From an uncultured Gammaproteobacteria bacterium (GTDB lineage Bacteria; Patescibacteriota; Microgenomatia; UBA10105; UBA927), in NCBI GenBank assembly GCA_964588145.1, contig CAZPNL010000003.1:1-47586 (forward strand): a stretch of 47,586 nucleotides of DNA. The letters run 5' to 3'. Position numbers and translations under genes: made by a program. Of the stretch, positions 9,584 through 18,123 are shown piece by piece. Within the stretch, counting starts at the first letter, position 1; every line of letters begins with the position of its first letter. Below the pieces are notes generated by a model. The model was given only the letters and a program-made list of their open reading frames with translations, ran no database searches and had not been told where the DNA came from.

Positions 9584-10896
9584 CTGCTCTCCCACATACA
9601 CCTGGTATATATATCTATCACAATCGCGCTGGTAAAGTGATTTATGTTGGTAAAGCAATAGATTTGTTTAAACGCGTCCATCAGTACTTTCAAAATAGCA
9701 GGATAGAAGGCAAAACTGCTCAGCTCGTCAGTCAAATTCATAGCATAGAAACAAAGCTTGTTGAAAGTGAATTTGAAGCTCTTCTTCTGGAAGCAAAAAC
9801 TATCCGAGAGTATTTGCCAAAGTACAACATTATCGCCAAAGACGACAAGTCACCCATTTACGTCAATATCACCATGAGCGATACACTCCCTAGGCTGGAG
9901 ATGGTCAGAAAGCGAAATCTAGATAGACTAAATACGAGTAACAATCCGTGTTTTGGGCCATTTCCCTCTACAACCTTTTTACGAGGTATCCTCAAACATA
10001 TTCGCACGATCGTCCCTTACTGCACCCAAAAAGAACGTACGGGGAGAGCCTGTTTTTATACGCATATTGGTCTGTGTGACCCATGTCCTTCTCTAATTGC
10101 AAAAATGCCTGAAGGTCCAGAAAAAAGGGAATTGACAAAAAATTATAGACAACATATGCGCCTAATCGTACGCATATTGTCTGGAGAATCTCGCCTCATC
10201 ATTGCTGACTTAGAACGACTGATGGAAAAATTTGCAAAAGCAGAGCTTTTTGAGCAAGCAGCCGACGTAAAAAATCAGCGTGATCATCTGATCAGACTCT
10301 TAGGGAGACGTTTTAACCCTATGACGAGCGGAGTGCGCATGGATCCTGTACAGAGCGTAGGGTCAGAAGAACAAATTGAGGCACTGCAAAAAGTGCTCAG
10401 AGATGCTTATCCAAATATTGAACGACTCGGGCGTATTGAGTGCATGGATATCTCAAACTTTGGCAACACACTAGCGGTTGCGTCGCTTGTGGTGCTCACA
10501 GATGGGATGCCAGATAGCATGTGGTACCGGAGATTTCGCATCAAAACAGTACAGGGACAAAACGACTTTGCCATGATGGGAGAAGTTGTCAAACGCCGGT
10601 TTGCGCATCCGGAGTGGCCATTTCCTGACCTATTTATCGTAGATGGTGGCGCAGGACAAGTGGGGGCTGCCAAAAAAGCGCTTTCAGAGTTGGGAGTGTA
10701 TATTCCGCTTATCGGTCTGGCCAAGCGATACGAGTCCATTGTGATTTCCAATGGAGATGGGTTCAAAACTATCACCCTACCGCTCACGCATAAAGCCATT
10801 GCAGTACTCCAACGTGTCCGTGATGAAGCCCACAGATTTGCAAATGCCTACAGGATGACACTGCAAAAAAAGTTGTTGGGTGTGGGAAAAAGATAA
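9556..10896 (+). CDS. uvrC: Excinuclease ABC subunit C, short form (GIY-YIG + UVR + RNase H-like; no HhH tail)
   Basis: PGIYIY...IYVGKA, FEQAADVKNQ, CMDISN, DLFIVDGG, RDEAHRFA. Confidence 0.9.
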   Translation: MEKTLKETLAALPHTPGIYIYHNRAGKVIYVGKAIDLFKRVHQYFQNSRIEGKTAQLVSQIHSIETKLVESEFEALLLEAKTIREYLPKYNIIAKDDKSPIYVNITMSDTLPRLEMVRKRNLDRLNTSNNPCFGPFPSTTFLRGILKHIRTIVPYCTQKERTGRACFYTHIGLCDPCPSLIAKMPEGPEKRELTKNYRQHMRLIVRILSGESRLIIADLERLMEKFAKAELFEQAADVKNQRDHLIRLLGRRFNPMTSGVRMDPVQSVGSEEQIEALQKVLRDAYPNIERLGRIECMDISNFGNTLAVASLVVLTDGMPDSMWYRRFRIKTVQGQNDFAMMGEVVKRRFAHPEWPFPDLFIVDGGAGQVGAAKKALSELGVYIPLIGLAKRYESIVISNGDGFKTITLPLTHKAIAVLQRVRDEAHRFANAYRMTLQKKLLGVGKR

Positions 10897-10948
10897 AGTT
10901 CATAAAACGTATTAATTCTTCATTCTCGATTCTCGATATCTCTATTTA

Positions 10949-10994
10949 GATTGCCACGTCACATATGCGAAGCAAATCAGTTCCTCGCAATGAC
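10949..10994 (-). repeat. GTC-type REP-like palindrome (GTCATTGCGAGG...GTGGCAATC)
   Basis: Reverse complement reads GTCATTGCGAGGAACTGATTTGCTTCGCATATGTGACGTGGCAATC; flanked by TTCTCGA-type heptamer repeats. Confidence 0.55.
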
Positions 10995-11170
10995 AATTTT
11001 TGATTCTCATCTCTTGATTTACTGTTCACTCTGCGTTCTGGTCATTGTGTTCTTTGCTCTGTGTAAGGCGTACTTAGTTCTCGATTCTCAGTTTATAGTT
11101 GCTCTGTTTGAGGCTAACTATTGCGCCAATGATTGCTTCCATCTCGCAGGTTTGATACCATTGGGGGACG

Positions 11171-11575
11171 ATGAAATACCTCATCCGGGTGTTCCTTTTT
11201 AATGTCTTTGCCCTTTGGCTCACGAGCCAGCTTTTGCCTGCGCTCGTCTTTACAGGCGATTGGCGAATGGTACTTTTTGCTGGTTTTGTGCTCTCAATAC
11301 TTATGGTATTTGTGAAGCCACTTCTCAAGATACTGTTTCTCCCTGTCAATATTTTGACACTAGGACTCATGAGTTGGGCTGTAAATGTTGTTGTTATATT
11401 TCTTCTCACCTTTATAGTGCCTGAGGTGCGTATTACGGATTGGAATTTTCCAGGAGTAGTGTGGAACGGATTTGTCGTACCACCCTTTCAGATTTCTTAT
11501 ATATTGTCTCTCGTACTAGTAACATTTCTCATCACCTTTTTTGCAAATTTTCTCCACGACGTGAGCGAGGGCTAA
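11171..11575 (+). CDS. Phage-holin-like membrane protein (YvlD/DUF360 family)
   Basis: 4 TM; VKPLLKILFLPVNILTLGL family motif. Confidence 0.85.
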   Translation: MKYLIRVFLFNVFALWLTSQLLPALVFTGDWRMVLFAGFVLSILMVFVKPLLKILFLPVNILTLGLMSWAVNVVVIFLLTFIVPEVRITDWNFPGVVWNGFVVPPFQISYILSLVLVTFLITFFANFLHDVSEG

Positions 11576-11577
11576 TT

Positions 11578-12627
11578 ATGAATTCAAGATCTATGAGTAG
11601 TTTGTCAAAAACATCCACTCTGCAAAGCGGTGGACCTCACATCGTGTGTATAGGTGGTGGCACAGGGACATTTGTTGCTTTATCCGGCCTCAAGCTTCAC
11701 ACCAAACACCTCTCGGCAATAGTAACAATGAGCGATAGTGGTGGCAGTAACAAGCGTATTCGTGACGAGTTTGGACTACTTCCCACAAGCGACATCAGGC
11801 AATGTCTGGTGGCACTTGCAGATGAAAAACCAGGTCGTATGGGGCTCCTACGACAATTATTTATGTACAGATTTGAACGAGGTCAGGGTATCTCTGGTAT
11901 GACATTTGGAAACCTGTTTATGGCAGCTCTTTCTGATGTGCTAGGTTCACAAAAAGAAGCAATTCGACAAACCGGAAAAGTGTTGCGTATTCATGGAAAT
12001 GTTATTCCAGTATCTTTTACTGATACTAATTTGTTTGCAAAATATGAAAATGGACTTGTTGTATCAGAGGAACACCTTATAGATGAACCAGAGCATGATG
12101 GTACGCTTAAAATTGCAAAAGTCTACCTCCAACCAGAGGCAGAACCAAACATAGATGCGCTGGATGCAATCAAAAATGCAGATATCGTCGTATTAGGGCC
12201 TGGAGATTTGTATACCAGCATATTGCCAAATATAGTGGTCAGTGGGATTCCTGAAGCCCTCCAGGAGACCAAAGCCAAAAAAGTATATGTCATGAATCTT
12301 ATGACCAAATATGGTCAAACATACGGATATACTGCTCAAGATCACCTGGATGCTCTACAAAACTATATAGGAACATCAGTAGATGCTGTCATCGTCAATA
12401 ATGGACCATTATTCCCAGATGCAGTGGACATGTATGCCCAATCGCATGAATTTCCAGTCGTAGATAATCTTAAAAGTAAAAAATTACTTATTATCCGACA
12501 AAATGTTGTCAGTGACTTTCTGGTCGAAAAATCCAAATCAGACACACTTGTCCGCAGTCTGATCCGCCATGATAGTGAAAAGCTTGCACGTGCTATCATG
12601 GAGGTTGCAGAAGCTGGCGTAGTATAA
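11578..12627 (+). CDS. yvcK: YvcK/CofD-like (UDP-GlcNAc-binding, gluconeogenesis factor) protein
   Basis: IGGGTG, DSGGSN, PTSDIRQCL, GPGDLYTSILP motifs; start trimmed to ATG 11578. Confidence 0.9.
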   Translation: MNSRSMSSLSKTSTLQSGGPHIVCIGGGTGTFVALSGLKLHTKHLSAIVTMSDSGGSNKRIRDEFGLLPTSDIRQCLVALADEKPGRMGLLRQLFMYRFERGQGISGMTFGNLFMAALSDVLGSQKEAIRQTGKVLRIHGNVIPVSFTDTNLFAKYENGLVVSEEHLIDEPEHDGTLKIAKVYLQPEAEPNIDALDAIKNADIVVLGPGDLYTSILPNIVVSGIPEALQETKAKKVYVMNLMTKYGQTYGYTAQDHLDALQNYIGTSVDAVIVNNGPLFPDAVDMYAQSHEFPVVDNLKSKKLLIIRQNVVSDFLVEKSKSDTLVRSLIRHDSEKLARAIMEVAEAGVV

Positions 12628-12654
12628 TAAAGATTCAAAGTGAAGGAGAAATGT

Positions 12655-12867
12655 ATGAATACTGTATTACTCGTAATCCATATAATTGTTTCATGTGTCC
12701 TCATTGGTCTAGTGTTGTTGCAAAGTAGTCAGGGTGGACTGCGCAGTGAGTTTGGCGGTGAGATGTACCGCTCCAAACGGGGTGCAGAAAAATTAGTCTT
12801 TGGTGGCACAATTGTCTTTGGTGCACTCTTTCTTATTACTTCTATAGCTAGTTTGCTTGTGCGTTAA
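12655..12867 (+). CDS. secG: Preprotein translocase subunit SecG
   Basis: 70 aa, two TM, LVLLQSSQGGL...RSKRGAEK. Confidence 0.9.
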   Translation: MNTVLLVIHIIVSCVLIGLVLLQSSQGGLRSEFGGEMYRSKRGAEKLVFGGTIVFGALFLITSIASLLVR

Positions 12868-12890
12868 TTTGGGGTGTACGAAACAAAAGT

Positions 12891-14237
12891 ATGACCATAC
12901 TGAAACGAACACGCTTTTTATATTGGCTCATCGCTGAGTTTGGGAAAAAATACGCTAAATCCATAGGTATAGGGGTGCTTGTGGGATTAGTTGTTATGGT
13001 ACTCTTTTGGTATTTTGCACCACAAGTTGCTATTTCACTTTTTTCACCAGTGGAGCGTATAGGCGTCGTAGGACAATTTACTCCAGCTACTGTGCCACTC
13101 TATGTCCAAAAAGATGTGAGTTTTGGACTTACAAAAATTTCTGATGACGGCACCGCCACAAAAGGTTTCGCTGAAAGTTGGGAAGCGACTGATAGTGGTA
13201 AAACGTATATATTTTCACTTCGTAAAGATCTCGCGTGGCATAACGGTGATCCAGTAACGGCTCGAGACATAAATTACAATATCCGCGATGTAACATTTGA
13301 AGTCGTTGATGATCATACAATTATAGCCAAGCTCTTAGATCCTTATAGTCCATTTCCAACGCTTGTCTCAAAGCCTATCTTTCGCAAAGGTTTATTGGGG
13401 TTTGGAGAATATAAAGTGATCAATTTACAGCTCAAAGGCGATACGATTGAGTATCTCAAGCTAGAACCTCTTGATCCCAAAAAGATCATGAGAGAATATA
13501 GATTTTATCGAAATGAATCTGAAGCAGTAGTTGCATTTAAGTTAGGGGATATAGATGTCGTTTCCGACATATCAGATCCGTCACAATTGGCAGGTTGGAA
13601 AGGTGCTATCGTTGAAAAAAGTATACGATTTGACAGAGTAGTTGCGCTTTTTTTCAACACTCTTCAAGGTCGTATGATAGACAAAAGCGTTCGTCAAGCT
13701 CTCGCCTACGCGCTTCCAAAAGAATATCCAGGAGATCAAGCGTTCGGACCTATAGCGTCTAAATCCTGGGCATATACAGATAAAGTTCGTCATTATAGTC
13801 AAAATCTTCAACTTGCTAAAAAAACACTCACTGGTTCACCATTGGCATCTACGAGTGCGACCCTTACATTGTCTACATTTCCATCGTTTGAATCAGTTGC
13901 AAATTCTATAGCAGCATCATGGAATAATATAGGCATAGGGACACAAGTGAAGCTAGAAAATTCCCTTCCCTCAGATTTTGAAGTTTTTCTCTCAGCCCAG
14001 ACAATCCCTCCAGATCCTGATCAGTATCCTTTTTGGCATTCAACTCAGTCTCAAACCAATATCACAGGTTTTACAAATGTCAAAATTGATAAACTGCTTG
14101 AGGATGCCAGACGTGAGACAAATATTGAGAAACGTAAAAAGCTCTATGCAGATTTCCAGAGGTTCCTCGTTGAGGAAGCACCAGCAGTATTTCTCTACTA
14201 TCCACCAAGTTACACAATTCGCAGGGCGAGCAGATAG
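12891..14237 (+). CDS. ABC transporter substrate-binding protein, family 5 (OppA/DppA-like), N-terminal TM
   Basis: AESWE...YIFSLRKDLAWHNGDPVTARD motif; C-terminal DKLLEDARRETNIEKRKKLY. Confidence 0.85.
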   Translation: MTILKRTRFLYWLIAEFGKKYAKSIGIGVLVGLVVMVLFWYFAPQVAISLFSPVERIGVVGQFTPATVPLYVQKDVSFGLTKISDDGTATKGFAESWEATDSGKTYIFSLRKDLAWHNGDPVTARDINYNIRDVTFEVVDDHTIIAKLLDPYSPFPTLVSKPIFRKGLLGFGEYKVINLQLKGDTIEYLKLEPLDPKKIMREYRFYRNESEAVVAFKLGDIDVVSDISDPSQLAGWKGAIVEKSIRFDRVVALFFNTLQGRMIDKSVRQALAYALPKEYPGDQAFGPIASKSWAYTDKVRHYSQNLQLAKKTLTGSPLASTSATLTLSTFPSFESVANSIAASWNNIGIGTQVKLENSLPSDFEVFLSAQTIPPDPDQYPFWHSTQSQTNITGFTNVKIDKLLEDARRETNIEKRKKLYADFQRFLVEEAPAVFLYYPPSYTIRRASR

Positions 14238-14248
14238 TGTATAATTTT

Positions 14249-14310
14249 AGTCTCACTTGCTATTTTGAGACAGGCCAAAGGAAATTGGCAAAATAGCATA
14301 GTGAGACTTA
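14249..14310 (+). ncRNA. Candidate long-hairpin small RNA
   Basis: AGTCTCACT-TGCTATTTTG pairs with CAAAATAGCA-T-AGTGAGACT around a 21-nt apex; TATAAT at 14240-14245 directly upstream. Confidence 0.4.
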
Positions 14311-14483
14311 TCCCGTCCAGTGACGGGGTTAGTAAGTTATGTTATATCAAACCAAAGGAAATTGGCAAAATAGCATAGTGAGACTTATCCCGTCCAGTGA
14401 CGGGGTTAGTAAGTTATGGTATATCTAACCAAAGGAAATTGGCAAAATAGCATAGTGAGACTTATTCCGACTTTAGTCGGGGT
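14275..14483 (+). repeat. 77-bp tandem repeat, about 2.7 copies
   Basis: CCAAAGGAAATTGGCAAAATAGCATAGTGAGACTTAT starts at 14275, 14352 and 14429; each copy is followed by a small hairpin. Confidence 0.95.
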
Positions 14484-14501
14484 GATAAAAAAAGTTAAAA
14501 A

Positions 14502-14587
14502 GCCCAGATGGTGAAATTGGTAGACACGCTAGCTTCAGGAGCTAGTGACCGTAAAAAGTCTTGGGAGTTCGACTCTCCCTCTGGGCA
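14502..14587 (+). tRNA. tRNA-Leu(CAG)
   Basis: GCCCAGA/TCTGGGC acceptor, CTAGC-TTCAGGA-GCTAG anticodon arm, long variable arm. Confidence 0.93.
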
Positions 14588-14600
14588 CATAATTAGCCAA

Positions 14601-14763
14601 TGGGAGGTTCGCCCCGTGCATGTTAGTTACGACTAACGGGGCGCCCCCTACAAAAAAATACAACCAGAAGGGGCGAATCCTCTTCTGGGCACTTATCAAA
14701 ATTGGGAGTAAACCCCGCTTCCTTTGAAATATCTAAAGCGGGGTCGACTCTCCCTCTGGGCAC
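14601..14763 (+). pseudogene. Degenerate 3'-half copies of tRNA-Leu(CAG), two with hairpin inserts in the T-loop
   Basis: 14702-14763 = TTGGGAGT + 34-nt CCCCGC...GCGGGG hairpin + TCGACTCTCCCTCTGGGCAC; further relics at about 14601-14650 and 14664-14692. Confidence 0.8.
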
Positions 14764-14851
14764 AAATAAGACGAAAGACTAAAGACGAAAGACAAAAGTT
14801 AGATGAATTGTTTAATTTTATAGCATAATATTTTGCTCGATACGAAGACAA

Positions 14852-15226
14852 ATGACCTACAAATTTGAAAAACTTGAAGTATGGACAAAGTCGAAGGAAT
14901 CGTTAAAGAATATTTATATTCTTTGCAATAAAATGCCTAAAAGTGAGGAAAGAAATCTAATTGATCAATTGCGTAGATCAGCCACATCAATTCTTTTAAA
15001 TATCGCTGAAGGAAGTGGAGCCGAAAATGATACAGAATTTAAGCGTTATTTACAAATAAGTAGAAAATCACACTTAGAGTGAGTTGCTATTCTTCTACTT
15101 ATACAAGATTTATATGGCTTTGATATAGAAAAAGAACTAGCTCAATTAGAAGAGATTGGCAAAATGCTTCACGGTTTAGTACAATACTTATCATCGGAAG
15201 CAAAAAGTACTAAATTAAGCAAATAG
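14852..15226 (+). pseudogene. Four-helix-bundle (23S rRNA IVP/Avd-like) gene interrupted by in-frame TGA
   Basis: FEKLEVW...DQLRRSATSILLNIAEG; TGA at 15080-15082, then the frame continues VAILLLIQDL...IGKMLHGLVQYL to TAG at 15224-15226. Confidence 0.8.
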
Positions 15227-15346
15227 CTTGTAATATATTTAATTACAAATTGATATATAATTATTTACTTATTGATCTCAAGTTTTCGATATTAAATTTT
15301 GTTTTTTAGTCTTTGGTCATTAGACGTTAGACTTAAGTCTTAAATT

Positions 15347-15428
15347 GCGGACGTGGCGGAATTGGTATACGCGCAGTCTTGAGGAGGCTGTGTCGCAAGG
15401 CATGGAGGTTCAAGTCCTCTCGTCCGCA
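15347..15428 (+). tRNA. tRNA-Leu(GAG)
   Basis: GCGGACG/CGTCCGC acceptor, CAGTC-TTGAGGA-GGCTG anticodon arm. Confidence 0.93.
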
Positions 15429-15471
15429 CAAATGTTTGTGGGTGCGCTAGTTTAAAACTTCATCCCCGAAA

Positions 15472-15531
15472 GAGGTTCACCCCGCTTTATATAATTCAGT
15501 TGAAGCGGGGCAAAAGTCCTCTCGTCCGCAC
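15472..15531 (+). pseudogene. 3'-end copy of tRNA-Leu(GAG) with 35-nt hairpin in T-loop
   Basis: GAGGTTCA + CCCCGCTTTATATAATTCAGTTGAAGCGGGGCAAA + AGTCCTCTCGTCCGCAC. Confidence 0.85.
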
Positions 15532-15718
15532 AAATGGTAGTTTGTGCACTACTATGACGTGTTTGATCTCTGAGGTTTATTTTGTGCATAATTAGAGCTC
15601 AAAGCAAAATACCTCGCACCTTTGATATATACAAACGGGGCACCCCGCTTTATATAATTCAATAGAAGCGGGGCAAATGAGTCGTTTTGTAAACATATAA
15701 AAGTTGAATACATAATTA

Positions 15719-16009
15719 TTGAAATCAATGATATATAATTTAGTATTTCCTATACTGCTATCACTGTTAATGACCTATTTAGGCATCGATTGTATTATCG
15801 AATACTTTCGGGGGAATGGAATTTCAGTTGATTTTAGATGGTATTTATCTCCGTTATGGCTCAGACAGCAATATTATGTTCCAGTTAAATATATAAAAGT
15901 TAAACCAAAAAAGTCTGAAAGAGTTACCTTACTGATTTTGGCAATAGGAAGTTTTTGCATTGCAGCAGTAGGTATATATTCGATTTTCATTCTTATCCAA
16001 AATAAATAA
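15719..16009 (+). CDS. Hypothetical 2-TM membrane protein
   Basis: 96-aa ORF with two hydrophobic segments; no recognised family. Confidence 0.55.
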   Translation: MKSMIYNLVFPILLSLLMTYLGIDCIIEYFRGNGISVDFRWYLSPLWLRQQYYVPVKYIKVKPKKSERVTLLILAIGSFCIAAVGIYSIFILIQNK

Positions 16010-16076
16010 GTAATTCACAAAAGTGTAATTACACACGTTCAACGAGATTTGGTAACTTATTAGAATCACTTTATCT

Positions 16077-16136
16077 GAAGTTCACCCCGCTTTTTATATT
16101 TCAGTTGAAGCGGGGCAAGAGTCCTCTCGTCTGTAC
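16077..16136 (+). pseudogene. Second, more degenerate tRNA-Leu(GAG) 3'-end copy with the same 35-nt hairpin insert
   Basis: GAAGTTCA + CCCCGC...GCGGGGCAAG + AGTCCTCTCGTCTGTAC. Confidence 0.75.
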
Positions 16137-16148
16137 AATTCATTAAAT

Positions 16149-16174
16149 AATCCCGTTAACGACGGGATTTTTTT
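16149..16174 (+). terminator. Candidate intrinsic terminator
   Basis: AATCCCGT-TAACG-ACGGGATT followed by T-run. Confidence 0.5.
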
Positions 16175-16187
16175 GTATAATACCCAT

Positions 16188-16778
16188 ATGGAACTTGCAA
16201 AAACAATCCTAGGATATGTAGCAACGCTCCTTGTATTTATAGGATACATACCATACATCAAGGATGTTGTTGCTGGGAAAACTAAACCCCACATATACAG
16301 CTGGATCCTGTGGGGTCTAGTTACTGCTATCGCTTTCGCACTTCAGTACAGTGCTGGGGCCGGATCTGGTTCATTTGTCACGCTTGCAGCAGCCCTCATG
16401 TGTGGTGTGGTGATTGTGTTATCACTAAAGGCTAAATCCCAAGTCAAAATAGTATTGATAGATACAGTATTTCTCCTGCTGGCCTTTCTCGCAATAGCCC
16501 TATGGCTTGTGGCCAAACAGCCTGTGCTGTCTGCTGTGCTTGTAACAGCCATAGACGTGCTGGGGTTTTTACCTACAGTGCGAAAGTCTTGGCACGAACC
16601 AGAAAGCGAGACTGTATCTTTTTATTTTCTCAATACTGCTCGATTTATGCTCTCAGTGGTCGCACTGCAAAGCTATAGTATCGTCACCACGCTCTATCCA
16701 GTCAGTTGGTTACTCATAAATTTTTGCTTTGGATTTCTGCTTATTGTCAGAAAAAGGATGCTGAGGGAAAAATCGTAG
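16188..16778 (+). CDS. Conserved hypothetical multi-TM membrane protein
   Basis: About 6 TM with internal repeat (YIPYIKD..KTKPH / FLPTVRKSWHEP), PQ-loop-like spacing; start at MELAK. Confidence 0.7.
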   Translation: MELAKTILGYVATLLVFIGYIPYIKDVVAGKTKPHIYSWILWGLVTAIAFALQYSAGAGSGSFVTLAAALMCGVVIVLSLKAKSQVKIVLIDTVFLLLAFLAIALWLVAKQPVLSAVLVTAIDVLGFLPTVRKSWHEPESETVSFYFLNTARFMLSVVALQSYSIVTTLYPVSWLLINFCFGFLLIVRKRMLREKS

Positions 16779-16786
16779 CAAAAAAA

Positions 16787-18118
16787 TTAATTAGTTTCAT
16801 TGCAAGTATACTTATACACATGCCAGGAAAATCTCGTAAAGCAAGCGCCTTCTGGCTTGAATTGTATTTTTCGTTGTCTATCTCCGAGGTATATGTATAA
16901 AGGTGTAGGGAGCTTATCAAGCAATTCTTTTTCAACATCACGATTATTACTGAGCCAAAACTGATTCCACTGATCATAATTCCAATAGACATCGTATTGA
17001 CCAAATCCTGGCGTAATGGATCTTCTTTCAGAATAGCCATACACCCACGGTGTGTATTCGTTGTCCGCCACAAGTATATAGCTATCTGGCTCCGTTGTTT
17101 GCAAAAGTTTAATTTCTTCAAATTCATCTGTCAGTATCAGTGCCTCAGACTGGGTATAGACAAAATATATATTTGAAACAAGTAGTATTGCCAGTACTAT
17201 ATATCTTAAGTGGGTTTTTAATCGCGCGAGTACTGGTGCTGCTAGGAGTATCGCAAAAATATCAATATATGGAATAAATCTTCGTGATAAAAACATGCCT
17301 GACGCCTGTAAGAGGCTGATAAAAAATAATATCCAAATTTCTGGAACTCTTACTATCTTTTTATGAAAATACGAAAACCCTGCAAATACGATATACAAAG
17401 ACATATACACAAGTGACGGTACTATGTCCATAAACGTCCCGCTCTCTGCGGCTGGCATGACTCCACGGATAAAGCTAGGAAGAAATGGCATGATAGTACG
17501 ATCAAAATTTGGCACATAATATAGGAAAAATGCAGAAAGCGCAGATAATGCTGTAACTATATGAAATCTACTCCACATCTTATGATATAAGGGGACAAAG
17601 ATCACTACTACCGCTAGAATCGCTGTCGGCTGATGTAAAAGTATGAGAGCAGGAGTCAGTATCCATGCCCATTTTGACTTTGCCCTGTAGGCTAGTATAA
17701 GCCAAAGGAGGAGCGCTATCGCAAATATATTTTTTAGATAGTAGTACCAATACAGCTTGTATTGAATCACCGATAGACTCAAAAGTGTCACCGCAGAAAT
17801 AGCTGACTTGGCATCATACAGCTTTCGAGCCACAATGTAGACACTAAAAAACAATGAAAGAGATGCGAGTAGAATCAACGGCACCAATATTGATTCTGGA
17901 GTTGCCCAAAATGTCGTGAGTTTGACGACCACTGGTAGAAGTGGGGGATACATGCTGATCACCCAATCTGGAAGGCTTGTATAGCCCAGGAGTGGTACTT
18001 GTGTATAAGACTTAAACAGATATAGATACAGTCCAGGGTCATATCCCAATGGAACTGGTGAGAATAGATAGCTATATATTCTTATAAAAAAGAAATAAAA
18101 GCCTATAAAAAATAACAT
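16787..18118 (-). CDS. Polytopic membrane protein, GT-C-like glycosyltransferase candidate
   Basis: TM1 followed by PLGYDPGLY acidic loop, many TMs, soluble C-terminal domain. Confidence 0.6.
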   Translation of the reverse strand: MLFFIGFYFFFIRIYSYLFSPVPLGYDPGLYLYLFKSYTQVPLLGYTSLPDWVISMYPPLLPVVVKLTTFWATPESILVPLILLASLSLFFSVYIVARKLYDAKSAISAVTLLSLSVIQYKLYWYYYLKNIFAIALLLWLILAYRAKSKWAWILTPALILLHQPTAILAVVVIFVPLYHKMWSRFHIVTALSALSAFFLYYVPNFDRTIMPFLPSFIRGVMPAAESGTFMDIVPSLVYMSLYIVFAGFSYFHKKIVRVPEIWILFFISLLQASGMFLSRRFIPYIDIFAILLAAPVLARLKTHLRYIVLAILLVSNIYFVYTQSEALILTDEFEEIKLLQTTEPDSYILVADNEYTPWVYGYSERRSITPGFGQYDVYWNYDQWNQFWLSNNRDVEKELLDKLPTPLYIYLGDRQRKIQFKPEGACFTRFSWHVYKYTCNETN

Positions 18119-18123
18119 ATTAC

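Noticed and set aside
14275-14483. 77-bp repeats as a CRISPR array
   Set aside because: Whole units are near-identical with no unique spacers, and there are no cas genes.
15080-15082. UGA recoding (genetic code 25 or selenocysteine)
   Set aside because: All long genes read through without internal TGA, and TGA ends uvrA and the RT; no sel genes or SECIS-like hairpin were noticed.
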